IMG/VR virus record: IMGVR_UViG_3300047320_000210
Coordinates: 1 to 64,000 of that record
Source of the DNA: a virus
Strand: one strand, 5' to 3'
Length of the DNA stretch: 64,000 bases
This document shows, one piece after another, positions 37,068 through 47,226 of this stretch. Positions within the stretch are counted from its first letter, which is position 1, and every line of letters begins with the position of its first letter. A program made the translations under genes and the position numbers. A model generated the notes under the pieces. That model made no database searches. It saw nothing but the letters and a program-made list of their open reading frames with translations, and had not been told where the DNA came from.

Positions 37068-38542
37068 TGGTCACGGATTACCCTTACGCGCGCTACCCCA
37101 GTGAGGACGTACTGCGGAACGTCCAATTGCTGCATTTCCAGGCAGCGACCACCTCATGGGCACAGCTGATCGCCGGCACCGCAACGGCGTATCAGGACCT
37201 GAGCCCCTACGCCGACAACGTCAGCCACAACGAAACCGGCCTCACCGTGGGCCTAGTGTTCCATACGGAACTCTACGGCGTGGCGCAGCCGAAGATCGGC
37301 GACCTGATTCAGGTCAAGCTGGACGGCTACCCGCTGGTCAACGGGCAGATCGAGGACCTGTCGAACTACACCGAGGCGCGCGGCGAGCGGGCGATGGGCC
37401 TGACCGTGCGCAGTCGCGACAGCAACCCGTTGTGGCGCAACACCAACTGGGTCGGCAACATCTACCCGGCCGGCAGTGAGCTGGGCATTATTGCCCGCGA
37501 CGTGCTCTTGGCCGTCGGCCTGACCACCTCGGAAATTCGGGGCTCCCTGACCCTTGGCGTCAGCACCGTGCACGGCGACACCCAGCTGGCCGACCTGCCG
37601 GCGTGGGACATGCTGACGCAGATCCTGCAGGTCGCCGGACAGGAACCCCGGGTCGATGCCCTCGGCAAATTCAAGCCGATCTCGCGCGACATCGTGCGCG
37701 CCCCTGACCTGATCCTGACCTCTGAACGGCTGCTGAAAATCAGCGGCTCGCGCAACAAGTTGCCGGTGACCAGCGTCGTCCTCAAGTGGCTCGACCCCAA
37801 CCTGAGCAAGAGCTTGCAGCAGTCGCAAGTGCTGGCCCGCGAGAGCATCACCGCCGGGTTCTTCAAGCTGAAGCAGGAACGCGAGCTGTACTGGTCCGAG
37901 GACCGCCGACAGCGCGCCGAAAACACCTGGATGAAAGTGGTCGCCTCCGTCAACGACAGCCTGCTGCCGGTGGGGGACGAGGACTACGAACAGAGAAGCG
38001 AATTCAGCGGGAAGATCACCGTCACCACCGATGCCTGGGTGCCAACCTTGGCCACCGCCGCGATGGCGGCGATGTTGTACGCGGCGACCGAACCGGACGG
38101 TGTGGCCGCCCTCGGCGGCGGCGTGACCATCCCGATTGGCCGGATCTACGAAGCCATCGGGCAGGTGGCGTTCTTTCTGATCATCATGTCGCTGGGTACC
38201 GGCGTGTATGAAATCTGGGGCGAGCCGTTCGACTACGTCCACGAATCCAACACCACTGAGGCCTACAACGACAGCACCCCGGAGTGGCTGCGCCTCGAAG
38301 AAACGATGGACAGCGACTTCGTGATGAACGAAGGCCACGCCCAGCAGATCACCGTGCGTGAACTGCTGTACCGCTCCCTCGCGGCGATCAGCTGGAACGT
38401 CGAGATCATCGACCACCCGGCCATCGAACCCGGCGACATCCTGCAGCTGCCGGACAATTCGCGCCTGTACGTCACCGGCTTCAACCGTGACCTGAGCCGC
38501 GGCGCGCCGGCCTCCCTCGCCGTGAACGGGTTCCGCGTCTGA
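37067..38542 (+). CDS. Tail tip hub protein
   Basis: C-terminal HPAIEPGDILQL hub-type motif, synteny. Confidence 0.65.
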   Translation: MVTDYPYARYPSEDVLRNVQLLHFQAATTSWAQLIAGTATAYQDLSPYADNVSHNETGLTVGLVFHTELYGVAQPKIGDLIQVKLDGYPLVNGQIEDLSNYTEARGERAMGLTVRSRDSNPLWRNTNWVGNIYPAGSELGIIARDVLLAVGLTTSEIRGSLTLGVSTVHGDTQLADLPAWDMLTQILQVAGQEPRVDALGKFKPISRDIVRAPDLILTSERLLKISGSRNKLPVTSVVLKWLDPNLSKSLQQSQVLARESITAGFFKLKQERELYWSEDRRQRAENTWMKVVASVNDSLLPVGDEDYEQRSEFSGKITVTTDAWVPTLATAAMAAMLYAATEPDGVAALGGGVTIPIGRIYEAIGQVAFFLIIMSLGTGVYEIWGEPFDYVHESNTTEAYNDSTPEWLRLEETMDSDFVMNEGHAQQITVRELLYRSLAAISWNVEIIDHPAIEPGDILQLPDNSRLYVTGFNRDLSRGAPASLAVNGFRV

Positions 38543-39054
38543 TGGCCGGGTTACTGACGTACCTCATCCGGGGCGAGATCGACCAGTCGATCCGCGAGAT
38601 CGACGGCACCATCCTGACGCGCCCGACCCTGCTGGTGACCGATGGCCTGGCCCTGACCTACGGCTGCGACGTTGACGTGGGCATCAAGACCCTCGACAGC
38701 AACACCGGCGACGAGGTGGTGACGCCGCTGCGCAACGTGCCGATCGCCGCCAACAGCCGCAACTTGATCTATTCCGATGCCGGCACCGCCGTGCGCCTGC
38801 GCCGTTCCGAGACCGGGCGCTGGGAAGTCATCGGCCTGTCGAAGCGCCGCCCGGGCACCTACACCCGCGTGCCGGTGCACATCCCCGACCCGAGCTTCGG
38901 CCCGATCCCCTACGACCTTGGCCCGACGGCCGAGATCGGCCTGGTGGCGCGTGCCCTGACCTATGACGAACTGGCCACCTTCGGTGGTTATGGCGTGGTG
39001 CCGTATGGCGCCACCGGGATTTTCCGCGACGGCGTTCTGATCGAGTTGAGGTAA
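38542..39054 (+). CDS. Tail tip protein
   Basis: Coupled ORF, LRNVPI motif. Confidence 0.55.
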   Translation: MAGLLTYLIRGEIDQSIREIDGTILTRPTLLVTDGLALTYGCDVDVGIKTLDSNTGDEVVTPLRNVPIAANSRNLIYSDAGTAVRLRRSETGRWEVIGLSKRRPGTYTRVPVHIPDPSFGPIPYDLGPTAEIGLVARALTYDELATFGGYGVVPYGATGIFRDGVLIELR

Positions 39055-39058
39055 AGGA

Positions 39059-41488
39059 ATGACAATCACACTGCAGCGCCTAGCGACGACCGGTGAAACG
39101 GCCTACATCGCCAAGCACAACGCGAACTACGACACCCTCGAATCCTCGGTCAACACCCTGCAGGGCACGGTCTACACCTTGCAGCAAGCGTCGGCCAGTC
39201 CGGGGAACCTGTTCAACATCGGCAAGGCGATGTTCGGCCCGACCGCCGTGGCGGTGATCGGCGAGACCTCGTTCGCCAGCAGCACCTCGGGCACCAACCT
39301 GACGCTGCAGCCCGGCTTCTATTGGAACGCCAGCAGCGCGCTGATGGCGTACAAGGCCACCACCACGGTGATTCCGTTCAGTGGCGCCACCGCCGGCACC
39401 TACTACGTGCGCATGGGGATTGACGGCATCCCCTACCGGGACACCAGCAGCGCGGCGGCGCTGTACTCGGTGGTCTGGACCGGCTCGGCGTTCGGCACGG
39501 TGGCCAAGCTGGCCAGCTACGCTCCGGGCTACCAGGACCTGCTCGATCTGCTCAGCAGCAGCTACTCCGGCCTGAGTTACGCCAGCCCGGACAAGCGCAT
39601 CGAAGCCACGGAAAAGGCCTTCAGCGCTTTGCTCAGCAAGGCGATCACCACCGCCGACGTCACCCTGACCGCCACCGAAGCCCTGGAACAGGGGGTGATC
39701 CGCCTGACCGGGACCCCAACAGCGGCGCGCAACCTGATCGTGCCGGCCAAGGCCAAGGTCTACTTCATCGACAACGACACCGCCGGCGCCTTCGCCGTGA
39801 CTGTGAAGACCGCCAGCGGCACCGGCGTGGCACTGGCCAGCGGCACCAACGGCGCGTTGTTCTGCGACGGTACCAACGTGGTGTCGATTGCGACCGCCGC
39901 CGGCAGCGGCGGCGCCTCGGTGTTCACCGACTTGACCGACGTGCCGGCGAGCTATGCCGGGCAGGCGAACAAAGTAGTCAAGGTCAAGGCCGACGAGAGC
40001 GGGCTGGAGTATTCCAGCGCCGCCGCTCCCACTGTGTTTACCGGCCTCACCGACGCCCCAGCGAGCTACACCGGGCAGGCGGGCAAGGTGCCGATCGTCA
40101 ACGTCGGCGAAACCGCACTGGTGTTTGGCGACCCGGTGTCCACCTATCTGGCCCTGACCGACACCCCGGCGAGTTACGCCGGTCAGGCCTACCGCGTTGT
40201 GTCGGTCAAGGGGGACGAGAGCGGGCTGGAGTTTACGGCGGCAGCGGCCCCATCGACCCTACTCGCCTTGACCGACACGCCTGACAGCTACGCCGCCAGC
40301 GCCCTGATGGTGCTGCGGGTCAATGCCGCCGGCACCGCCGTCGAGTTCGCCGCCGGCACCGGCCCGCAGAATTTTCTGGAGTTGCCGGACACCCCGGCCA
40401 ACTACACCTCCAGCGCCTTGAAATTCGTCCGGGTCAACGCGGCGATGACGGCGCTGGAGTTCGCCCCGCTGACCATGACAACCCTGCTCGGTCTGACCGA
40501 CACGCCGGACTCCTATGCGGGTTCCGCGTTCAAGGTGGTCACCGTCAAGGGCGATGAGAGTGGTATCGAGTTTTCGGCCGGCGCCACCCCCACCAGTTTC
40601 ATCGGGCTCACGGATGCGCCCACCAGTTACACCGGGCAAGGCAGCAAGACGGTCAAAGTCAAGTCCGACGCCTCGGGGTTGGAGTTTGTCACGGTGCCGG
40701 CGGGCATCACCGCCTTCACCGGCCTGAGTGACGCACCGGCCAACTACACTGGCGCGGCGAACATGAAGGTCAAGGTCAACTCTGCGGGTACAGGGCTGGA
40801 GTTTGTCACCGACACTGCCGGGGTCACTGCTTTCACAGGCCTCAGTGATGCCCCAGCCAACTACACCGGCGCGGCCACCTACAAAGTGCGCGTCAACTCG
40901 GCCGGCACGGCATTGGAGTTTGTGGCAGACACACGCGCCTTTACCAGCCTCACAGACGTGCCGGCGAACTACACCGGCGCCGCCAACAAAAAGGTTCGGG
41001 TCAACTCGGCAGGGACTGGCTTGGAGTTCGTTACCGACACCACTGGGGCCACGGCGTTTACCGGCCTGTCCGATGTGCCGGCCAACTACACCGGCGCGGC
41101 ACTCAAGAAAGTACGGGTCAACAGCGGCGCCACGGCGCTGGAGTTTGTCGACGAACCCTTTGCTGCCAACTGCACCTGGAACGGCGTAACCACCGCGAGC
41201 CTGGTGCTGATCCACCTGCCCATGCCGGTCGCCGTGACCTTCGCCGCCGCATTCGCCGGGTCGTATGGGGTTGCCACTACGGCCGCCACCGCGCAGACCG
41301 ACTTCGACATCAAGAAAAATGGCACCTCGGTGGGCACCCTGCGCTTCGCTGCGGCAGCCACCACCGCCACTTTTATCGCCGCTTCGCCCGTGAGTTTCGC
41401 TGCGGGCGACGTGTTGAAACTGGTCGGACCGGCCACGCCGGATGCCACCTTGGCCACGCTTGGCCTCACCCTCAAAGGAGTACGCTGA
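39059..41488 (+). CDS. Tail fibre with 11 tandem repeats of about 36-39 aa
   Basis: Repeat F/L-x-x-L-T/S-D-x-P-x-x-Y-x-G...V-x-V...LEF counted 11 times. Confidence 0.85.
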   Translation: MTITLQRLATTGETAYIAKHNANYDTLESSVNTLQGTVYTLQQASASPGNLFNIGKAMFGPTAVAVIGETSFASSTSGTNLTLQPGFYWNASSALMAYKATTTVIPFSGATAGTYYVRMGIDGIPYRDTSSAAALYSVVWTGSAFGTVAKLASYAPGYQDLLDLLSSSYSGLSYASPDKRIEATEKAFSALLSKAITTADVTLTATEALEQGVIRLTGTPTAARNLIVPAKAKVYFIDNDTAGAFAVTVKTASGTGVALASGTNGALFCDGTNVVSIATAAGSGGASVFTDLTDVPASYAGQANKVVKVKADESGLEYSSAAAPTVFTGLTDAPASYTGQAGKVPIVNVGETALVFGDPVSTYLALTDTPASYAGQAYRVVSVKGDESGLEFTAAAAPSTLLALTDTPDSYAASALMVLRVNAAGTAVEFAAGTGPQNFLELPDTPANYTSSALKFVRVNAAMTALEFAPLTMTTLLGLTDTPDSYAGSAFKVVTVKGDESGIEFSAGATPTSFIGLTDAPTSYTGQGSKTVKVKSDASGLEFVTVPAGITAFTGLSDAPANYTGAANMKVKVNSAGTGLEFVTDTAGVTAFTGLSDAPANYTGAATYKVRVNSAGTALEFVADTRAFTSLTDVPANYTGAANKKVRVNSAGTGLEFVTDTTGATAFTGLSDVPANYTGAALKKVRVNSGATALEFVDEPFAANCTWNGVTTASLVLIHLPMPVAVTFAAAFAGSYGVATTAATAQTDFDIKKNGTSVGTLRFAAAATTATFIAASPVSFAAGDVLKLVGPATPDATLATLGLTLKGVR

Positions 41489-41489
41489 T

Positions 41490-42557
41490 ATGGCCTGGGA
41501 CTACACCTTTCTCGATGGGTTTGACCACTACGCCTCTGCGGACATTGACAAAAAGTGGGACTACTCCCCCGACGGCGCCTCCATCCAGAGCACCACTGCG
41601 CGCAATGGGGGGAAAGCAAACAATATCGGTACAAGCACCAGATTGACCAAGATCACCCCCACGAGTCGAAACTTCTGCATGGGGTTGGCGTTTCATATGT
41701 ACGGTGTTCCTGGCGCTACGGTGGGCTCAAACGGCACCGTAGTTTGGTCCGTGGGCAACGACCTAGCCGGCAACACCGGGACTACGCAGATTTCTCTCAA
41801 CTTGCTGAGCGACGGCAAGTTCAGGATTGTGCGATCTACTAGCGCCGGGATCACCGGGGCAAGTGGTTCGGCGGCTACCCTCGCCACGGGCAGCTTTACC
41901 ATGCCTATGAGCACCTTCGTCTACATCGAGTTCAAGGTCTTCCTGGATGACACAGTGGGCACCGCCGAACTCAAGATCAATGGCGTGGTCGATGCCACCT
42001 TCACGGGCGATACCGTGTCACAGAGCTACAACACGGCGAACCGGGTGATTCTGATTTCCCCTGCATCCGGGTACTGGGATGATGTGTACATCCGCAGCAG
42101 CACCAGCAGCAGCGCGGAGTCCGGGGGCTACTTGGGCGACGTGAGTGTCAAGGCGTACTACACGAACGCAGACGGCACTTACACCGGCATGACGTGCAGC
42201 ACCGGCTCCACACACTACACCCTGGTCGACGAAACCACTCCGAACACCTCCGACTATGTGTCGTCGGCCGTTGCATTGACCAAGGATTCCTTCGGGTTCC
42301 AGGACGTGTCGGGGTCAGGGACCATCCAGGCAGTGCAGCTCAACGCCTACACCAGCAAAAACGACTCGGGGTTCCGTGGGGCTGACCTGTTCTGCAAGTC
42401 CGGCGCGACGGAGAACTTCGCGGCGTCCGCGCCGCTGTCGACCACTTGGAAGTACCTGATGCAGGGGTGGCAAACGGACCCTAACACCGGGGCGGCCTGG
42501 ACAATTGCGAACTTCAACGCGGCCGAGTTCGGCGTGCGCGTGTCCGCTGACCTGTAA
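41490..42557 (+). CDS. Tail fibre-associated / receptor-binding protein, lectin-like
   Basis: FLDGFDHY start, beta-rich, DPNTGAAWT C-terminal motif. Confidence 0.65.
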   Translation: MAWDYTFLDGFDHYASADIDKKWDYSPDGASIQSTTARNGGKANNIGTSTRLTKITPTSRNFCMGLAFHMYGVPGATVGSNGTVVWSVGNDLAGNTGTTQISLNLLSDGKFRIVRSTSAGITGASGSAATLATGSFTMPMSTFVYIEFKVFLDDTVGTAELKINGVVDATFTGDTVSQSYNTANRVILISPASGYWDDVYIRSSTSSSAESGGYLGDVSVKAYYTNADGTYTGMTCSTGSTHYTLVDETTPNTSDYVSSAVALTKDSFGFQDVSGSGTIQAVQLNAYTSKNDSGFRGADLFCKSGATENFAASAPLSTTWKYLMQGWQTDPNTGAAWTIANFNAAEFGVRVSADL

Positions 42558-42566
42558 GGGACTCCA

Positions 42567-43406
42567 ATGACCACCTACAGCACGAACTTCGGCAGCTACA
42601 CTGCCGCCGCACAGCCATCGGACTGGACGGCGCGCTGGGTCACCAGCAACGTCACTTGGTTGGCCACGACGCTGGCCAACACCGAAGGCGGGAAGGTACT
42701 GCGCAAGGCCTCCACGGCCGATGCACGCCGGTTGCTGTCGTGGGACGCCGTATCAGCCCACGCGGACAGCGAGGGGCTGATTCGTTTCAAAGCCAGTGTG
42801 GTGGGATTTGGCGCGTTCCTCCAAACCTACCTCCATCTGCGCGGGTCTGGGGCTTCAGGCGCGGAAACTTCGTACTGGGTAACCTTCTCGACCACGAACC
42901 AGGGCACGCTGCAACTCGGCAAGTGGGTGGCGGGGACAGCTACCAACCTCGGCACGGCCTATGACAACGGCAGTTTCAAGTCGGCTACTTGGTATTACCT
43001 ACGGTTCCGGGTTAACGGGACCTCGCTACAGGCCCGCATATGGGAGGACGGCACGGTCGAGCCCAGTGCTTGGCAGGTCAGCGCCACCGACAGTGCTATC
43101 ACTGCCGCAGGCTGGGCCGGGGTGGGCAACTTTGAGTCGACCGGCGACATCGACATCGACTTCGCAGCGTTTGGCACCGCAGGGGATACCGCGCCGCTAA
43201 CCAGTGGCACAGGGACCGTGGCCCTCTCCCAAGCCGTGATGGAGGTGGCGAACTCGGGGACCCCGAGCACGACCGTTTCACAGCTGGCTATCGAGGTGGC
43301 GAACACCGGCACCCCGAGCACAGTCGTTTCACAGTTGGTTATCGAAGTGGCGTATTCCAGTGTCGTGGCCACCGTGCAGCAGCCTATTGTCACCGTCGTT
43401 TGTTGA
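42567..43406 (+). CDS. Tail-associated lectin-like protein
   Basis: WYYLRFRVNGT...ARIW.DG..EP..W; three C-terminal SQ...EVA repeats. Confidence 0.65.
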   Translation: MTTYSTNFGSYTAAAQPSDWTARWVTSNVTWLATTLANTEGGKVLRKASTADARRLLSWDAVSAHADSEGLIRFKASVVGFGAFLQTYLHLRGSGASGAETSYWVTFSTTNQGTLQLGKWVAGTATNLGTAYDNGSFKSATWYYLRFRVNGTSLQARIWEDGTVEPSAWQVSATDSAITAAGWAGVGNFESTGDIDIDFAAFGTAGDTAPLTSGTGTVALSQAVMEVANSGTPSTTVSQLAIEVANTGTPSTVVSQLVIEVAYSSVVATVQQPIVTVVC

Positions 43407-43428
43407 CCTAACCGAAGGAGAGCCAACA

Positions 43429-43815
43429 ATGCCTACGACCATCGAAGAACGCCGGGCCGGGTATTCGCGGCTTGCCCGCATTGTCACCGCCGTGAGTGCC
43501 ACGCTGGCCACCGCGATCCTGTTTGGTTTCCTGTCCAGCGTGCAGGACCTGGTGAAACAAGGCCCCGTCCTGGCCGCCCACATGGCGGCCACCAACCAGA
43601 AACTCAGCGCGATTGAGAACGAACAGGCCTCGGCCAAGATGGCCATCGCCTCCCTGTTGAAGGACTACACCTCGCGCGAGCAACTGCAGGGTGAGTTGGA
43701 AAAGCTCAACGAGAAGATCCGCGCGCTGCAGGTGCAGCAGGCCGTGATCGAGATGATTTTGAAGTCGGGGAAGACCGGAACAATCCGGCAGGGGGGGAAT
43801 TATGGGCAGTCCTGA
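43429..43815 (+). CDS. Single-TM coiled-coil protein, probably lysis-associated
   Basis: AAGGAG RBS; N-terminal TM helix then coiled coil; next to holin. Confidence 0.6.
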   Translation: MPTTIEERRAGYSRLARIVTAVSATLATAILFGFLSSVQDLVKQGPVLAAHMAATNQKLSAIENEQASAKMAIASLLKDYTSREQLQGELEKLNEKIRALQVQQAVIEMILKSGKTGTIRQGGNYGQS

Positions 43816-44086
43816 AAGTCGTAAGCGGTTGTTGGATCTCTTGCTGCGCTACCTGCAGCAGCCGTCAACGTGGCAGGGGCTGACCCTTGGGTTGGGGGCG
43901 GTTTCGGCCAAGTTCGGGGTGCCCATCGAGCAGGCGGCGGCCGGGGTCGCACTGGTGCTGTCGCTGATCCTGATCTTCCGTGACGAGCGCAAGCCGACCG
44001 AAGTGATCGAGGACGCGGTGGCCAAGGCGCTGGAAGACAACGTCGACCGGTTGGACAAGGTCATCGACAAGGTTGACCGGTTATGA
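43802..44086 (+). CDS. Probable holin
   Basis: 94 aa, L.QPSTW.GL motif, two TM helices, charged tail. Confidence 0.65.
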   Translation: MGSPESRKRLLDLLLRYLQQPSTWQGLTLGLGAVSAKFGVPIEQAAAGVALVLSLILIFRDERKPTEVIEDAVAKALEDNVDRLDKVIDKVDRL

Positions 44087-44529
44087 GCGCCTTCCAGTTC
44101 ATCAGCACCCTAGACCTGCAGGAGTTCATGCTCAACGGCTTGTCCGTGCCGAATGAGTGGGTGGTGGATCAGCCGCTGATTGCCCTGCACAACGATGACA
44201 AACTGATCGTGCCCCGGGGCTACATCACCGACCTGGCCTCGATCCCGCGCGTGTTCCGCAACGTGTTCAACGTCAACGGCCCGCTGCGGGCGCCGGCGGT
44301 GCTGCACGACTGGCTGTACAGTTCGCAGCGCTTCACCCGGGCGCAGTCCGATGCGATCTTTCTGGCGGCCATGGAAGCCCGGGGCATCGACAAAGCCGAG
44401 CGCTACGCCATCTACTCAGCGGTGCGCAGCTTCGGCTGGGCCTACTGGAACAAGCGCAAGGCGGGCCTGGGCCTGAACGCCCAGGACTTCGTGCCGCCCG
44501 GTTACTTCACCGGCGTCTCGACGCGCTGA
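44083..44529 (+). CDS. DUF1353-family protein
   Basis: VP.GY.TDLASIPR, A.VLHDWLY, Y.AVR.FG. Confidence 0.85.
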   Translation: MSAFQFISTLDLQEFMLNGLSVPNEWVVDQPLIALHNDDKLIVPRGYITDLASIPRVFRNVFNVNGPLRAPAVLHDWLYSSQRFTRAQSDAIFLAAMEARGIDKAERYAIYSAVRSFGWAYWNKRKAGLGLNAQDFVPPGYFTGVSTR

Positions 44530-44725
44530 CCCGCTTTTCGTGGTCGACGCGGCAGTTCTCATCGCAATAGCGCCCCGTTTCTAGGGGCGCGTCACAGTTC
44601 AGGCATTCGCCGGTGAACGCATTCAGCGCCTCTCGGTGTTTGGCCGCCGCCTCCTGATGCTGCCGCAGCAGCAAGGCCTCGACCAACTCCTGTTCGTCCC
44701 CCGCAGCATCGGCCGCATCGCTCAT
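44507..44725 (-). CDS. TraR/DksA-family zinc-finger protein
   Basis: N-terminal MSDAADAA (DxxDxA) plus CLNC...CDENC. Confidence 0.75.
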   Translation of the reverse strand: MSDAADAAGDEQELVEALLLRQHQEAAAKHREALNAFTGECLNCDAPLETGRYCDENCRVDHEKRVSASRRR

Positions 44726-44727
44726 GA

Positions 44728-46941
44728 TCAAATCTCCAAGGTGTTATCAAAGACCGTGGCGTCCATTTCGCGGTGGGACACCATCACCACCTGCTTGCCG
44801 CTGCCGACCAGCAGGGTGCTGAAGGCCAGCGCCCGCTCCGGGTCCATGTCGGCGGTGGGTTCGTCCAGCAGCACCAGGTTCAGCGGCGACAGCGCGGCGG
44901 CGTCCAGTGCCAGTTGCACGGCAGTGCCGATGATCGCCAGCTGCGCGCCCGAGGCTTCGGCCTGCTCCATCTCGAACCCGTCCTCGACGAAGGTGAAGGC
45001 CCCGTCCTCGCCGCGACTGATCGACTCGATCACGCCGCCGGTGGCGTTGTTGGCGAACATCGAGGCCGAGGCCATGAACACGTCCCACACCTGCTTGCTG
45101 TAGCGGTCGCGGTTGTTGCGGATGTGTCCGAGCAGTTCGGTCAGCTGGATGACCTTGAGGGCCGCCTGCTCGTGCTGGCGGTTGCGCTCGGCGGCGGCCA
45201 TCAGGCTGCGCTCTAGGGCGATGCGCTGCTCATGCACCGCGTGTTGCTGGTTGCCCAGCCCGGTGACCTGCTCGTTCAGGCGGCGGATCTGGATGTCGAG
45301 GCGGTCGGCTTCCAGCCGGTGGTGTTGCAGCGCGACCGGCAGGTCCACCCCCACCACCATGTGCTCGACCTGGATCTGCTGCAGCGCGGAGCGCGCCGCT
45401 TCTAGGGCCATGTTGCGGCGCAACAGGTCGCTCTGCCCCGTGGTCAGGTTCTGCTGCAGCGTTGCCTGACGCAGGGCGTCCTGCCGCCCGGTGGTGATTT
45501 GCCCCTGCAGCTGCTCGATCTGCGGGCTGATCGATTCCATCGGGGGCAGGCCCAGCACCGCGACGGTGGCCGCCTGCAGCTGGGTGGTGAGGCGGCTGCC
45601 GGCCTGCTGCAGGGCGTGCACCTGGTTGCCGGCCTGGCTCAACCGGCTTTCGGCCAGCGCCAGATCCGTGCGGTAGGAGATCCCGCCGTCGAGCGCGGCC
45701 TTGGCGGCGTCGGCCTCCCGCATCTTCAGGTGCAGTTCTTCCTGCAGGCGCTCGACGTGCTCGGCATGCGCCTGCGGGTCGAAGGCCTCGAACGGACGCT
45801 GACAGCCTTCGCAGACCCCGTCCTTGCCGGCCTCGATCAGCCCCTGCAACTTGACGCTGCAGGTCTGGACTGCGGCCTTGGTGTCCGCCGCCGCCTCGTG
45901 CAGGGTGTCCAGATCGACCCCGGTGCCGGCGTTGCGCAGGCGTTCGGCCGCCTCGCGCAGCGGCGTGGTCTTGTCCGTGGCGCGCTGCAGGTCGGCCTGC
46001 ACGTCCTGCAGGTCGGCTTCGATCTGCTTGGCTTGGGCGCGCACCTGCTTGTCGGCCTGCAGCTGCTCGCGCAGCGCGGTCAGACGCTGTTCCAGTTCGG
46101 CCAGCGTCTGCTCGTCCAGGGGCGCCCCCCGGAACTCGTCGACCTTGCGCTCGGCCTCGTCCAGGTGGGCGCGGGCGCTGGTGACTTCGTGTTCCGCCTG
46201 GCGCACGGTGGTGGTGGCGCTGTACACCGCCGTTTGTGCAGTGGCCAGCCGCCGTTCATGGTCACCGGCTTTGGTGCGGTTGACCTTCAGCGTGGTCAGC
46301 TCCTTGTGCAGTTCAGCCAGCTCGGTGTCGCACCCGGTTTCCTCGGTCAGCCAGCGCAACACCTGCCCCTGTTGCTCGCTGATGTCGGTCAGCGGGGTTT
46401 CGTCCTGCACCAGACGCCAGGCCTTGAGCTGGCCGCTGACCCGGTCCATCACCAGGCTGACGCGCTCCAGCCCGGTCAGCTCGGTGATGATCTTGAACAA
46501 CTCGGTGCTGCCGGCCTCCAGCAGGGCGGCGGCCTTGCGCTGCTTGGCGTACTTGATCTGCGCGAAGCGCTTGAGCGGCATGCCCAGCAGCCGCGAGATC
46601 GCCTGATTGACCGGGTTGGTGCCGGTGGCCACCGGTTGCTCGGTGTTGTCGGGGCACAGCTCGGTCAGGCTGGCGCCGTTCTTCGTGCGCTCGATGCGGT
46701 AGCGCCCCTTGCCGCTGAAGGACAGCGTCAGCACTTGCCGGAAGCCGCTGTTGGTGCCCCGGGTGTGCAGGCGCGTGCCCGGCACCAGCCGCGCACCGCC
46801 GAGGCAATAGAGGATGCCGTAGAGCACCGTGGTCTTGCCGCAGTAGTTCGGCGCCATCAGTCCGTTGAGCCCGGCGGTGAAGTTCAGCACCAGGTGTTCG
46901 TGTTTCTTGAAGAAGTTGAGTTCCAGGCGCTCCAGCATCAC
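44728..46941 (-). CDS. SbcC/Rad50-like ATPase
   Basis: Walker A PNYCGKTT, coiled coil with CEGC hook, ASGAQ signature, LLDEPT. Confidence 0.92.
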   Translation of the reverse strand: MMLERLELNFFKKHEHLVLNFTAGLNGLMAPNYCGKTTVLYGILYCLGGARLVPGTRLHTRGTNSGFRQVLTLSFSGKGRYRIERTKNGASLTELCPDNTEQPVATGTNPVNQAISRLLGMPLKRFAQIKYAKQRKAAALLEAGSTELFKIITELTGLERVSLVMDRVSGQLKAWRLVQDETPLTDISEQQGQVLRWLTEETGCDTELAELHKELTTLKVNRTKAGDHERRLATAQTAVYSATTTVRQAEHEVTSARAHLDEAERKVDEFRGAPLDEQTLAELEQRLTALREQLQADKQVRAQAKQIEADLQDVQADLQRATDKTTPLREAAERLRNAGTGVDLDTLHEAAADTKAAVQTCSVKLQGLIEAGKDGVCEGCQRPFEAFDPQAHAEHVERLQEELHLKMREADAAKAALDGGISYRTDLALAESRLSQAGNQVHALQQAGSRLTTQLQAATVAVLGLPPMESISPQIEQLQGQITTGRQDALRQATLQQNLTTGQSDLLRRNMALEAARSALQQIQVEHMVVGVDLPVALQHHRLEADRLDIQIRRLNEQVTGLGNQQHAVHEQRIALERSLMAAAERNRQHEQAALKVIQLTELLGHIRNNRDRYSKQVWDVFMASASMFANNATGGVIESISRGEDGAFTFVEDGFEMEQAEASGAQLAIIGTAVQLALDAAALSPLNLVLLDEPTADMDPERALAFSTLLVGSGKQVVMVSHREMDATVFDNTLEI

Positions 46942-47225
46942 GCAGCCTCCACGATGTAGAGTTTCAGGTCGCAGTCCATGCGTTCCTCGATCTCTTTCTG
47001 TGCCCGCAACAGCTTCTTCAGTTTGTCTTTCGAGCAGTCGTCGAGCATCACCGCCGCGTAGCCCTGCAAGCCAGCGAGGATCAGGCGCCGGCGGATGCCA
47101 GCGAGGGTGAACTCCGAGTGGATGTGCAGCACCGCCTTGCCGGCGTTCTGGTACTCCTGTTCGTACTGACGCAGCTTGGTGGTTTTGCCGCTGGCTGGTG
47201 GACCGCTGATGATTTCGATTTCCAT
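46938..47225 (-). CDS. Small P-loop protein
   Basis: IISGPPASGKTT and VMLDD in only 95 aa. Confidence 0.7.
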   Translation of the reverse strand: MEIEIISGPPASGKTTKLRQYEQEYQNAGKAVLHIHSEFTLAGIRRRLILAGLQGYAAVMLDDCSKDKLKKLLRAQKEIEERMDCDLKLYIVEAA

Positions 47226-47226
47226 G

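Noticed and set aside
40700-41160. DNA repeats suggesting a CRISPR array or DGR template
   Set aside because: In-frame coding repeats of the tail fibre; no unique spacers and no reverse transcriptase in the window
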